Positions 1-9,915 of a stretch of 64,000 nucleotides of DNA are shown here, in pieces. This stretch comes from an uncultured Pseudomonadales bacterium. Lineage in GTDB: Bacteria > Patescibacteriota > Microgenomatia > UBA1400 > PJMF01. The stretch is from NCBI GenBank assembly GCA_964449995.1, contig CAYVBW010000001.1:1618-65617 (forward strand), written 5' to 3'. Positions within the stretch are counted from its first letter, which is position 1, and each line of letters begins with the position of its first letter. The position numbers and the translations under genes are program-made. Under the pieces are notes generated by a model. The model was given only the letters and a program-made list of their open reading frames with translations, was not told the origin of the DNA and ran no database searches.

Positions 1-325
1 ATCCGCCATATTCCGGGTGAGAGTCCTACAACCCCACGTAAAACGTGGTTTGGGCTTTTCCCTGTTCGCTCGTCGCTTACTAAGGGAATCTCTTACGATT
101 TCTTTTCCTCCGGGTACTAAGATATTTCAGTTCCCCGACTTACCTCCGTGCCGTAAACGGCACAGTCGTTTTGCTTTCACAAAACGGGGTTTCCCCATTC
201 GGACACCGACGGGTTAAGCGCTTTTTGCCAGCTAACCGTCGACTATCGCGGGCTATACGTCCTTCATCGGCCAAACAAGCCTAGGCATCCACTTTCTACA
301 TTAGTTCACACAAATATTTGATATT
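1..325 (-). rRNA. rrl: 23S rRNA, 5' domain (partial; gene continues beyond window start)
   Basis: Reverse complement reads ...GTGGATGCCTAGGC...GATGAAGGACGT...CGAATGGGGAAACC...GGGGAACTGAAATATCTTAGTACCCGGAGGAAAAGAAATC, i.e. universally conserved 23S 5'-domain blocks; exact 5' end (~310-330) approximate. Confidence 0.85.
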
Positions 326-484
326 GAATTGAAATTGAACTATTTTGACGATGTTATCTTCACATGTTAAAGAGCGATGCTACTTTTTATATATTTTTCG
401 CTCTGGCGGCGCTTTGCGCCGAGATCGCTCAAAATATTAAAAAGATAGCTTTAATTTAGTAACTTTTTTAAAAAAGTTACCTTG

Positions 485-558
485 TGGACCTGGGGAGATT
501 CGAACTCCCGATCTCTTCGTTGCAAACGAAGCGCTTTAGCCAACTAAGCCACAGGCCC
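485..558 (-). tRNA. tRNA-Ala (anticodon UGC)
   Basis: Reverse complement GGGCCTGTGGCTTAGTTGGCTAAAGCGCTTCGTTTGCAACGAAGAGATCGGGAGTTCGAATCTCCCCAGGTCCA folds as cloverleaf; G3:U70 Ala identity pair; anticodon loop TTTGCAA; sits in the spacer position 5' of 23S on the same strand; no encoded CCA. Confidence 0.85.
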
Positions 559-985
559 GAGGCAGCTTATTCTTGCCTTGGGTTAATACTCTAGTTAAAG
601 TGCGACTAAATCTTAAACTACAAAGAACAAAACTCACAACAGCGAAACGACTATTATACACAAAACAAACAACAGTTGTGTTTAACTTTTTGAAAACTTT
701 TTGGAGGGAATGCCGCTAGGCGACATTGTCACTTTATGTATCAACTCTAATTCGAGTTAAGTACTAGATATTTTATAAAAAAAGAAAGAAAGATGCAACT
801 GCAATTTGTGTGCTGAGTCAATACATACTACACACTTAAAAAACCACCTTATTCAGTTTACTTTTTATTTTTCTGATTTTTTTTAGCTTTTTCTGAAAGC
901 ATAATTAAAAAATAAACCAAAATTCCAAAAATCAAAATAACAGCAAATCCAAAATTAATCGGTGCGATATTCTCAAGAAAATTAG

Positions 986-1318
986 TCATGATTTGCCTTT
1001 TAGTAATTTTCCTCCAATATACCACAATAAAGCAGAGCTAACGATACCAGAACCTAGAGTAAAAATGTCAAATTTTTTATCAACAAACAAAGGAATCAAG
1101 GCCGCAATTATAATTCCTGTCGCTACATCACGAAAAGCACCAGCTGTGTAACGAATCTGCTCGTTAGACAAATCAATGGTTTGTAGCAAAGCATTAAATT
1201 GTTGATTGGTTTTGTCAAAAAACATATCACCATAATATCGGTTAAAACTGACATCAAACTGACATCTGGGTATTAAACAGCAGTCAAAAAACAACCTCAA
1301 CAACTCCACTAGATACAA
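986..1318 (-). CDS. hypothetical small protein with hydrophobic C-terminus
   Basis: ORF only; no recognisable motif. Confidence 0.3.
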   Translation of the reverse strand: MYLVELLRLFFDCCLIPRCQFDVSFNRYYGDMFFDKTNQQFNALLQTIDLSNEQIRYTAGAFRDVATGIIIAALIPLFVDKKFDIFTLGSGIVSSALLWYIGGKLLKGKS

Positions 1319-1402
1319 ACTCTCATCTTCGCTATACTAAGTTAAGTAGGTTTCCTGCCCTTTAAACCTCAAGGTAGGTAGTATTAAAATGCTTTTTATT
1401 TC

Positions 1403-4400
1403 ATGGCTAGCAAAAAGAAGAATATTTCCTATATTTTAAATAAAGTAGTTAAAGGTATTTTGTCTATAGCTAACTATATAGGGACTGCCTTTATACAAGT
1501 AGTATTGTGGATAGCTGAAGTTATTTGGTGGATAATAAAAAGCTTAGTAATGCTAATAGTAGCTTTGCCTAGTTTATTTAAGAAAAATAAAAGTAATAGA
1601 ACTGTATTTAAAAAGGCTTCTTCTAGATCAAGGACTGCCAATCCTTTGCTCAAGCCCTTTGCTGATAAAGATATGAGAAGAAAACTCTTGCCTGGACTGG
1701 TGGTAGTATTACTATTTTTAGTAGGCTTTGCAGTTTATAGCCTAAGACAAGCACAGGAAACAGAAGCACACTGGTGGGATGAGACGTGGCTTTATAGGAG
1801 GGCGATTCAAATTAGCAATGATAATGGGGAGGATTTAGAAGACTTTCAAGTAGCTATAACCCTAGATACAGCTGCACTAATAGCTGAGGGGAAAATGCAA
1901 GCAACCTGTGATGATTTAAGGATAACTGATGGAAATGGTAATTTAACCCCTTATTGGGTTCAGTCAAATCCTGGCTGTGATGATGAAAATACCCTTGTTT
2001 GGATAAAATTACCTATTATTTATGATGGTGAAGGTAATACTACTATCTATCTTTACTACGGCAATGCTTCTGCTGAAACCAAGAGTAATAATTCATGGAT
2101 GCCTACAGGAGGCACAATAACAGAATTAACTGATGGATTAGTTCATGCTTTTACTGAAGATGATTCTTTTGAAACACAAACCAACCTAATGGCTGATGTG
2201 TTAGTGGTAGCGGGGGGTGGGGGTGGAGGGAAAAGACACGGAGGAGGTGGAGGTGCAGGAGGATTGGTTTATGAAAATAATTATAGTATTTCTATTGGAA
2301 ATCATACTATGACTGTTGGTGGAGGTGGGGCAGGCGCTGGTCCAGGCTCTAGTCCGACATCAGCAGAAAACGGTGAAAATTCAGAAGCATTTAATTTAAT
2401 CGCTATAGGCGGTGGAGGTGGGGGTTCCTACAATGCTGATGGAGGGGGTACTTCTGCAGAAAACCTTGCTGGAAGCGACGGAGGGTCTGGTGGTGGTGGG
2501 GCCACAAATTCCGGATTCGGTGGATCTGGTACTCCTAACCAAGGAAATGATGGAGGAACTCCAGATACCTCATCTTGGCCAGGAGCTGGTGGAGGTGGAG
2601 CTGGAAGCGCAGGCGAGCCCAACTCTGGAATTACAGGTGGTAGCGGCGGTAGTGGATTATATTTTGGAAACATTTTTGGGGATAGTTTTGGAGAAAACGG
2701 ATTTTTTTCAGGAGGAGGCGGTGGAGCGGCAGGTGGAACCTCTGCAGACAATAACGGTCAAGGTGGTGTGGGAGGGGGGGCTGATGGCTCTGAAGGAGAT
2801 TTACAAGGCAAAGATGGTCAAGTCAATACTGGTGGAGGCGGAGGTGGAGTCAGATCATCATCTTCAGTGGCAAGTATTACTGGAGGAAACGGCGGTTCCG
2901 GGATTGTTTTAATGAAATATCCTACTGAGGACACTCCAAGTATAGAAACAATAGCTACAGAAGAAATCTCCCCCGGCCCGGTGGCGTATTGGAAATTTGA
3001 TGAGGGAACGGGAACAACAGCACATGATTCTAGTGGGCAAGGGAATAATGGAACGCTAATAAATAGTCCCACTTGGCAAACAGAAGACATGTGTGTAGCT
3101 GGGAAATGTTTGAAGTTTGATAGAGCTTCTAGTAATTATATCTCTAATACAACTGGGATAACTCTTCAAAATGATTTCAGTTATTCTGCTTGGGTAAAAA
3201 CTGATGAATCAATAAACGCGATAAGGGGTATTGTTAGCAACCACCATCATCCCAATCCTTGCTATGGCGCATCTTTAAATTTACACGGCTCGCGCTTCAG
3301 GCTTTATGTTGGTGATGGAATGGACAATAGACCAAATTTCACTTTTGGACCCAATATTGAGATTAACCAATGGTATTATGTATCTGTGGTGTACGATAGT
3401 GGCACTTTTCATTTTTACGTAAACGGCACTAAAACAAACGAAACTTGGACAACAACAGTAGCGCAAAACAGCACCAATTTTGTAATAGGAAGATGGGCCC
3501 CTTCTTATGGAGATTACTACTTTAACGGCCTCATCGATGAAGTCAAAGTCTATCCCTACGCCCGCACCGCTGAACAAATCAAAGATGACTACGCTGCTGG
3601 CATAGCTGGTATTGGAGCAGCCAAAGGTACCACCGCCCTATTTGGCAGCACTAAAGCTGATTTTAAACCTACAGACATAACTGGTAATGTTTTGTGGCTA
3701 GACGCCACCGCTATTTTTGAATTAAACGATAACGATTTAGTCGAAATTTGGCACGATCAAAGTGGAAGTGGTAATCACGCTACACAGTCAGTAACAGAAA
3801 ATCAGCCTGCCTATAAAACTAATGTCGTTGAAAACAAGCCAGCAATTAAATTCAACACTAATAAAGTTCTATCTTTACCAACCGAAATTATTCATGATAT
3901 ACCTGGCGCCTCAGTATTTACTGTTGTGAAATACGAAAGTCTTGGTTCTTCAGACAAAACTGTTTTGTATGCTGACAGAAGCGGAAGCGGAACAGGTGGT
4001 CCTATTGTTATTCGAACAAATACTAATAGTAAATATAACCTTGGTAGCCGCAGACGTTCAGGAGAAACTTTCCATAATGCTCTTTCGAGTAATGACGCCA
4101 CCACAAATTGGGGTATGCAAGTAGGCATTTTTGACTACCTTAACAGATCAATGATGCAATTCATTAATGGGACTCTTGATGGAGAAGTCTCAACTGCTTG
4201 GGGAGACCCTGATTTAAATAGTACTTTTACAGACACAAACAGAAGATTTGACTTAGGAGCTAGAGGAACAACTCTTTTTCTTGAGGGCTATATTGCCGAA
4301 ATCATCATTTACAACACCTCTCTTTCTGAACATGATCGACAAAGAGTTGAGGGTTATTTATCACATAAATGGGGATTATCCGAAGATTTACCCATCGAAC

Positions 4401-6538
4401 ATCCTTATAAAAACTCGCATCCTCAAAGTGCAGCCACTAGATTGCGAGATCCAGTTGCCTACTGGCGTTTTGATGAGGGGTATGGAACAACTACGCATGA
4501 TTCTGTTGGAAACAATCATGGATCATTAAGTGGCACAACATTGCCCGAATGGATAAACGAAGGAAAAATTGGGAAAGCTTTGGCTTTTGATGGAGATTAT
4601 ACTGATTGGCAAGACCATCATATCCATACTAACTTTAGTCAAATTACAGATTATCCTTTTACAATAACTGTTTGGGCAAAAAACCATAGCCCAAATGATA
4701 CAAGAATTGCGATCTCATTATATAGAAGTGCTACTCAATATTTTTCTTTAGGGGCTTCCTCTGGAAAATGGACTATACAGGCCAGAAACACTTCTAATAG
4801 GTCCACTAATTCTTCCGTTAACGCAACACAAGACTGGACATTTTTGGTTGCTGTCTTTAATTCTTCAACACACAGGGAGCTCTACGTGAACGGAGCAAAG
4901 GAAGGAGAGGATAGTCAAGAGGTTCCTTACACAGACCCCACATCAATTTACATTGGAAAACAAAGGCCCGTAGCAGTTGATTATGGCCATGGACCTTTGG
5001 CCTGGGATGGCCTTATCGACGAAGTCAAAATTTACAACGTTGCCCTCAGCCCAGAAGAAATCCTCCAAGACTACAATCAAGGTGCTGCCGCCGTCATGGG
5101 TGCTATGGGCACCGACGACTCCGGCAATCCCACTCAAACCGCCTCTGCCGAGTACTGCATTCCCGGCGACAGTTCCCACTGTGCTCCGCCGGTAGCAAGA
5201 TGGGATTTTGAAGAAGGAAGTGGAACAACTACCCATGATAGAAGTGGAAATAACAATCATGGGACATTAGTTAACAATCCCACTTGGATGACCGGAAAGG
5301 TGGGAAAGGCGTTGGGGTTTGATGGAAGCGACAGCTACATTAACTCTGGGATAGACGAAAGCTTACAAATTCAAGATGAGATTACAATATCTGCTTGGAT
5401 AAAAATAAAAGGAGATAGTGGGGGTAGTTATTCTGGTATTGTATCAAATACTCCTGCCTCATCTCAATTTAATTATCTACTAGGAATTAAGGACCAAAAC
5501 GATAACCCAGTTGCATCTTTCCAGCATAGTAGTGTAGAAAGGCTAGCTCATTCTCAATCTCTTGAAAGAAATAAGTGGTATTTTTTAACAATGGTAGTGG
5601 ATAGTTCTCACATACATCTTTATGTAAATGGTAGTAATCCAGAATCAATATCTAAAGGGAGCACTAATTATACATGGAACGATACCATTATTGGAACTTT
5701 CAGAACTAATTATTTTAACGGCATCATCGACCAAGTCCGCATTTACGACTACGCCCGCACGCCTGCTCAAATCGCCTGGGATTATAATCGCGGCGCTCCA
5801 GTTGGCCACTGGAAGTTTGACGAATGCCAAGGCACAACTGCTCACGATGCTTCCGGCAACGAAAACCATGGGACAATAAATATTGGAGCTACTGGCTCCC
5901 AGACCTCTGCCGGCACCTGTGCTTCGGGTAATTCCGCTCATGCCTGGTATAACGGCAGAGAGGGACGGATAAACAGTGCTATGAGTTTTGATGGAGCGGA
6001 TGATTATGTGGATTTAGGAGTTGAAACATTCAGCTACATTAATAATCGAAACCCCGTTTCTGTCCTTGCTTGGGTAAATACAACAAATAGAGAACAAAGC
6101 TTCGCCGGAATTTTTTCAAAATCCCAAGGAGGTTCTACTACAGCAGTGAGGTTTGACCTTCATTATTATTTTGCAGGAGAAGTTCTTCATCTGCGACAAA
6201 GCATTGGCGACGGATCGAGTACGACTAGTTTGGCCAGAGATATAAATTGGGTGAATAATAACGAGTGGCATTTAGTCGGCATGACATGGAATGGGGAAAG
6301 TATGAAATTATTTTTAGATGGTAAACAATTAGGCAATTCTGCAACTATCAACCTAGATATTGGACTGTCAACTGCTAGTTGGAAAATTGGCAGAGCTTTT
6401 AATTCTTCGTCTTATTCTTTCCCAGGCCTCATCGACGACGTTCGCATCTATAACTACGCCCTCACTGAATATCAAATCAAGCTCCTCCACAACGAAGGAG
6501 CAGCAGTTAGATTCAGCAACCAATTTCCCTTTCCCTAA
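1403..6538 (+). CDS. giant (1711 aa) membrane-anchored surface protein: N-terminal TM helices, DUF2341-like domain, ~330-aa Gly-rich low-complexity region, then at least five LamG/Laminin_G_3 (concanavalin A-like lectin) repeats
   Basis: Two N-terminal hydrophobic helices; WWDETWLYRRAIQI...DFQV...YYGNASA resembles DUF2341; repeated module starts VAYWKFDEGTGTTAHDSSGQGNNGTL / VAYWRFDEGYGTTTHDSVGNNHGSL / VARWDFEEGSGTTTHDRSGNNNHGTL / VGHWKFDECQGTTAHDASGNENHGTI and module ends GLIDEVKVYPYARTAEQI / IDEVKIYNVALSPEEI / IDQVRIYDYARTPAQI / IDDVRIYNYALTEYQI typical of Laminin_G_3. Confidence 0.7.
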   Translation: MASKKKNISYILNKVVKGILSIANYIGTAFIQVVLWIAEVIWWIIKSLVMLIVALPSLFKKNKSNRTVFKKASSRSRTANPLLKPFADKDMRRKLLPGLVVVLLFLVGFAVYSLRQAQETEAHWWDETWLYRRAIQISNDNGEDLEDFQVAITLDTAALIAEGKMQATCDDLRITDGNGNLTPYWVQSNPGCDDENTLVWIKLPIIYDGEGNTTIYLYYGNASAETKSNNSWMPTGGTITELTDGLVHAFTEDDSFETQTNLMADVLVVAGGGGGGKRHGGGGGAGGLVYENNYSISIGNHTMTVGGGGAGAGPGSSPTSAENGENSEAFNLIAIGGGGGGSYNADGGGTSAENLAGSDGGSGGGGATNSGFGGSGTPNQGNDGGTPDTSSWPGAGGGGAGSAGEPNSGITGGSGGSGLYFGNIFGDSFGENGFFSGGGGGAAGGTSADNNGQGGVGGGADGSEGDLQGKDGQVNTGGGGGGVRSSSSVASITGGNGGSGIVLMKYPTEDTPSIETIATEEISPGPVAYWKFDEGTGTTAHDSSGQGNNGTLINSPTWQTEDMCVAGKCLKFDRASSNYISNTTGITLQNDFSYSAWVKTDESINAIRGIVSNHHHPNPCYGASLNLHGSRFRLYVGDGMDNRPNFTFGPNIEINQWYYVSVVYDSGTFHFYVNGTKTNETWTTTVAQNSTNFVIGRWAPSYGDYYFNGLIDEVKVYPYARTAEQIKDDYAAGIAGIGAAKGTTALFGSTKADFKPTDITGNVLWLDATAIFELNDNDLVEIWHDQSGSGNHATQSVTENQPAYKTNVVENKPAIKFNTNKVLSLPTEIIHDIPGASVFTVVKYESLGSSDKTVLYADRSGSGTGGPIVIRTNTNSKYNLGSRRRSGETFHNALSSNDATTNWGMQVGIFDYLNRSMMQFINGTLDGEVSTAWGDPDLNSTFTDTNRRFDLGARGTTLFLEGYIAEIIIYNTSLSEHDRQRVEGYLSHKWGLSEDLPIEHPYKNSHPQSAATRLRDPVAYWRFDEGYGTTTHDSVGNNHGSLSGTTLPEWINEGKIGKALAFDGDYTDWQDHHIHTNFSQITDYPFTITVWAKNHSPNDTRIAISLYRSATQYFSLGASSGKWTIQARNTSNRSTNSSVNATQDWTFLVAVFNSSTHRELYVNGAKEGEDSQEVPYTDPTSIYIGKQRPVAVDYGHGPLAWDGLIDEVKIYNVALSPEEILQDYNQGAAAVMGAMGTDDSGNPTQTASAEYCIPGDSSHCAPPVARWDFEEGSGTTTHDRSGNNNHGTLVNNPTWMTGKVGKALGFDGSDSYINSGIDESLQIQDEITISAWIKIKGDSGGSYSGIVSNTPASSQFNYLLGIKDQNDNPVASFQHSSVERLAHSQSLERNKWYFLTMVVDSSHIHLYVNGSNPESISKGSTNYTWNDTIIGTFRTNYFNGIIDQVRIYDYARTPAQIAWDYNRGAPVGHWKFDECQGTTAHDASGNENHGTINIGATGSQTSAGTCASGNSAHAWYNGREGRINSAMSFDGADDYVDLGVETFSYINNRNPVSVLAWVNTTNREQSFAGIFSKSQGGSTTAVRFDLHYYFAGEVLHLRQSIGDGSSTTSLARDINWVNNNEWHLVGMTWNGESMKLFLDGKQLGNSATINLDIGLSTASWKIGRAFNSSSYSFPGLIDDVRIYNYALTEYQIKLLHNEGAAVRFSNQFPFP

Positions 6539-6594
6539 TCCCGATACCTTCCCTTAACCAGCCCTTATAAAACCTTTATAAAAAACCACCCAAT

Positions 6595-7131
6595 TTAAGC
6601 TGCTTCCATTCTTTTTTCTGCTGCTGCATATTCTGCTGTAATTTTTTTAAAAAATTGCATTAAAAAGCCATTTTCTGGAATTGGATTACTAGGGTTGTCA
6701 AATATAGCACCACTCTTAACTAAAAATTTATCTAGCTCTTGATTTGCCAAATTTCTCAACTCTGCGTCTGTCTGCCTCATCCCATATCTAATCAACCAAT
6801 ACTCTACAACTAACCCTAAATTACCCTCAGGGTCAATTAATAACTGCTCTATTTCTTGCTTTAATGCTTTTCTTTTGGGATCTGCTAGCTCCTTATCCTT
6901 CTCTAAACTTAATAAAAATTCACTAGCAAATTCATCTAAAAAAATTTTAAACTCTGTATATAGCTCTTGCGAAATGGGTTCAATTTTTGCCTGAAATTCT
7001 TCAGACACAGAAAATAAAGAGTTTGAAAAAAAATCAATTGGAACATCAGGGGTAAGCCAAAATTGTTCTTCTCTATTAATTTTGGCCACTGCTCTTTGAG
7101 GACGCGATAACTCTCTTTCTTGAGAGTTCAT
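6595..7131 (-). CDS. hypothetical protein
   Basis: 178-aa ORF, no recognised motif. Confidence 0.4.
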   Translation of the reverse strand: MNSQERELSRPQRAVAKINREEQFWLTPDVPIDFFSNSLFSVSEEFQAKIEPISQELYTEFKIFLDEFASEFLLSLEKDKELADPKRKALKQEIEQLLIDPEGNLGLVVEYWLIRYGMRQTDAELRNLANQELDKFLVKSGAIFDNPSNPIPENGFLMQFFKKITAEYAAAEKRMEAA

Positions 7132-7172
7132 GTTTTAGTTATATTTATTAATCTATAATTCTATCAATACAA

Positions 7173-7841
7173 TTACTCTACACTCTCCAACTTAACTCCA
7201 ATTTTTTCTAACACTTTTCTATTCTTTTCTGCCACTTCTTCTCCTAAAACTCCTCCTTTTTGTGCTACTAATTTTAAAGGAACCTTGCTTATCTTTTGAT
7301 AAAATTCCACCTGCTGTTTAATAACTTTTTCTACCAATGGTTTTTTGGCTTCATTCACCCAATCTGCTGAGATTAAATATTGACCCAAATTATAAACTTG
7401 TTCACCTCCACCTAAAGTAAAACAAATTTTGTTTGCCAAGTGCATGCCTTTGGGGCGAACCATGTGCCCTTTAATTCCAAATTCCAGTTCTTTTGGGTCT
7501 TCAAATTCTAAGAAACCTGTATAAAGTAGTTTTTCTTGATCCGCCAAAGCTTGAATATGTTGCTGAGCCATGGCGTTAATCTCATCCCAATCCTTCAACT
7601 CAAGTTTTTCTTTGATCCAATCACTCTGAGAAGAAGCGGCAATATTTATTTTTCCTGGAAATAGTTTGTCTAAAATTTTTACCACCTCACTAAAACCATC
7701 CAGCTCATACCCAGATCCTGCAAAACCAAGACGAATGCCTTCGTTAATCTGCACGCCTTCATCACTATCAGTGATGACATATCTTGAAGGGGTGTTTTGT
7801 TTTGCCATGTTAAAAAATTCTTTAATATCAGGGCAGAGCAA
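7173..7841 (-). CDS. hypothetical protein
   Basis: 222-aa ORF, no recognised motif; true start may be the internal MAKQNT. Confidence 0.4.
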   Translation of the reverse strand: MLCPDIKEFFNMAKQNTPSRYVITDSDEGVQINEGIRLGFAGSGYELDGFSEVVKILDKLFPGKINIAASSQSDWIKEKLELKDWDEINAMAQQHIQALADQEKLLYTGFLEFEDPKELEFGIKGHMVRPKGMHLANKICFTLGGGEQVYNLGQYLISADWVNEAKKPLVEKVIKQQVEFYQKISKVPLKLVAQKGGVLGEEVAEKNRKVLEKIGVKLESVE

Positions 7842-7872
7842 AAAATAACTGACAATTTTATCTAGCTAATCA

Positions 7873-8025
7873 TTATTCAACCATTGACTGTACTGCCTGC
7901 AGATATTGCTTCATTTCTTGTTCTACCTTTTCCCAATCTCCTTCAGCTTCACGAATAGCATTAAATAACAAGTCCATATCTATTAATAGCTGATCATCAG
8001 TGACAATCATTCTCTGTTTAGCCAT
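7873..8025 (-). CDS. possible small acidic protein (50 aa, MAKQRMIVTDDQLLIDMDLLFNAIREAEGDWEKVEQEMKQYLQAVQSMVE)
   Basis: Hand-translated short ORF below the ORF-track length cutoff; fills otherwise empty intergenic space. Confidence 0.25.
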   Translation of the reverse strand: MAKQRMIVTDDQLLIDMDLLFNAIREAEGDWEKVEQEMKQYLQAVQSMVE

Positions 8026-8230
8026 AAGCTTATTATATCATGCAAGGGAGGGGAAAGACAGGCAGGGGGGCTGTGGTGGGAGTTTGTGGTGTCTGGTATT
8101 TAGTATTGGAGGGTTACGGTATTTAGTATTTGGTATTTGGTATAACAACCAGAGTGGTTGATTTACCTTAAGTGGCATTGAAAAAAACTAATTGTTTGTT
8201 AACCTTGTTAGGTATTGATACCAAATACCA

Positions 8231-9766
8231 CTATTTATACCCCATGGGCACTTCGGTCAGCACTAAGCTCAAACTCATGCGTCGTTTCTCAGGATCCACA
8301 CTGTCTACATTAACCGTCACCTCATCACCAACCTTTAGCTTGTTTTCAGGACTTAATTTACTAACGTGAATTAAGCCATCTACGCCTGGTAAAACATCCA
8401 CAAAAGCTCCAAAAGGCTCTACTCTAGAAATCTTCCCGGTAAAAGTTGTGCCTGGAGGATAGTCTTCAGCTACTTTTTGCCAAGGATCCTTTTTCAAGCG
8501 TTTTATAGATAAATTAAGCTTGCCTGATTTTTGATCAATGCCCAACACTTTAACCAGCACTCTATCCCCAACCCGGTGGTAGTTTTTGGGGTGATCAACT
8601 TTTTCCCAACTAATTTCTGAGATATGAATTAGACCCTCAACATAACCAATGCTCTCCGAAGGTAGACTATCTTTGGAGCGATGCTCGGGTTTGAGTTCTC
8701 CTTCTTCTACTTTTTCACTCAAATCACTGCCGTCAATTGGCACCTCTACAGTCATAAACAAGCCAAAACCCTTAACTCCTGAAATCACGCCCTCATAAAC
8801 ATTGCCTTCTTTAACTGCTGATAATGCCTGTTGCTGTTGGTTGAGCTGTTTTTCCTCGCTGACATGTCTTTCTGAAAAAATCAGGCGGTTGCGTTCCCGA
8901 TCAACCTCAATAGCGCGTACTTCAAACTTTTTATCCTTTAGGTCATCAATATGATCCAAATAACGCCTGCTGAATTGACTGGAAGGTACAAAACCTCTCA
9001 CTCCATTAACTACAGCAATTAAGCCACCTTTGTTAGCTTCAATTCCCTTAGCCTCTAAAGTGACTTCGTTATTAAATGCATCTTCAAAAAATTCCCACTT
9101 GGCATCATTGGCGGCACCTTTAAGACTTAAAAGAATTTGACCTCGGTTGTTTTCAACTGAAATAACTGTTGCTTCAATTTTGTCATCTACCTCCAATTCT
9201 TGAATATAATCTTGAGCAAAATCAAATTCCTGCTCAGCAATGACTCCAAAACTTTTGGCATTGATATCTAGCTTAACCATTTTGTCAGTCTTCTCTACGA
9301 TCACACCCTCAATTTTTTTCCCTACCTGAGGGACAACTGACTCATAACCAGTCATTTCCATTAATTCCTCCATAGTTTGAGGCTTAGGTCCTGATCTTGC
9401 TTGTTGGGTTAGTGAATCTTCTTTAGAAGTTTGAGAAGCATTAGAAGATTTAGCGGTCTTTGTTTCTTTTTTGTCTTTAGTAGGTTTCTTTTCTGCTTGC
9501 TTGGGTGATTTTTTTTCTTTAGCAGCAGCTTTTTTATCAGACTTTTTTTCAGTTTTAGAACTAGAACTCTTAGCAGTTTTTTTTACTTCTTGTTCCTTAG
9601 TAGACTTTTTTTTACCTGTGGCTGCTTTTTTTTGAGTTTTTTTAGTTTGTTTTTTTGAGCTGGCTGATGTTTTTTTGTCTATCTTTTTTGTTTCTTTATC
9701 TTTATCAGTTTGTTTTTGTTTAGCCTGAGCTTGTTTTTTTTCTGTTGTTTTGCTTTTTATGGCCAT
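8231..9766 (-). CDS. rpsA: 30S ribosomal protein S1-like (multiple S1 domains) with a ~130-aa lysine-rich low-complexity N-terminal extension
   Basis: Repeated S1-domain signatures (GVIVEKTDKMVKLDINAKSFGVI; GNVYEGVISGVKGFGLFMTV; GTTFTGKISRVEPFGAFVDV; GDRVLVKVLGIDQKSGKLNLSIK); N-terminus K/T/S-rich. Confidence 0.7.
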   Translation of the reverse strand: MAIKSKTTEKKQAQAKQKQTDKDKETKKIDKKTSASSKKQTKKTQKKAATGKKKSTKEQEVKKTAKSSSSKTEKKSDKKAAAKEKKSPKQAEKKPTKDKKETKTAKSSNASQTSKEDSLTQQARSGPKPQTMEELMEMTGYESVVPQVGKKIEGVIVEKTDKMVKLDINAKSFGVIAEQEFDFAQDYIQELEVDDKIEATVISVENNRGQILLSLKGAANDAKWEFFEDAFNNEVTLEAKGIEANKGGLIAVVNGVRGFVPSSQFSRRYLDHIDDLKDKKFEVRAIEVDRERNRLIFSERHVSEEKQLNQQQQALSAVKEGNVYEGVISGVKGFGLFMTVEVPIDGSDLSEKVEEGELKPEHRSKDSLPSESIGYVEGLIHISEISWEKVDHPKNYHRVGDRVLVKVLGIDQKSGKLNLSIKRLKKDPWQKVAEDYPPGTTFTGKISRVEPFGAFVDVLPGVDGLIHVSKLSPENKLKVGDEVTVNVDSVDPEKRRMSLSLVLTEVPMGYK

Positions 9767-9915
9767 AATTATTAATAGTCTCCTTTCATAGAGTTGGGAA
9801 AGTATATCATAATAACTATTTAGTATCTAGTATTTAACAGGCCTTCTTTGATATATTGAGTAAGACAAGTAATTACTTAGGTTGAAAAAAAACTACAAAC
9901 ATATCAAAAAATTAT

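Noticed and set aside
2412-3090. ORFs 2412-2912(+), 2428-2751(-) and 2818-3090(-) inside the LamG giant gene
   Set aside because: They lie within the Gly-rich repeat tract of the 1711-aa gene. The minus-strand ones are simply the poly-Pro reverse translation of GGN repeats, and the plus-strand one is an alternative frame of the same repeat. All are repeat artefacts.
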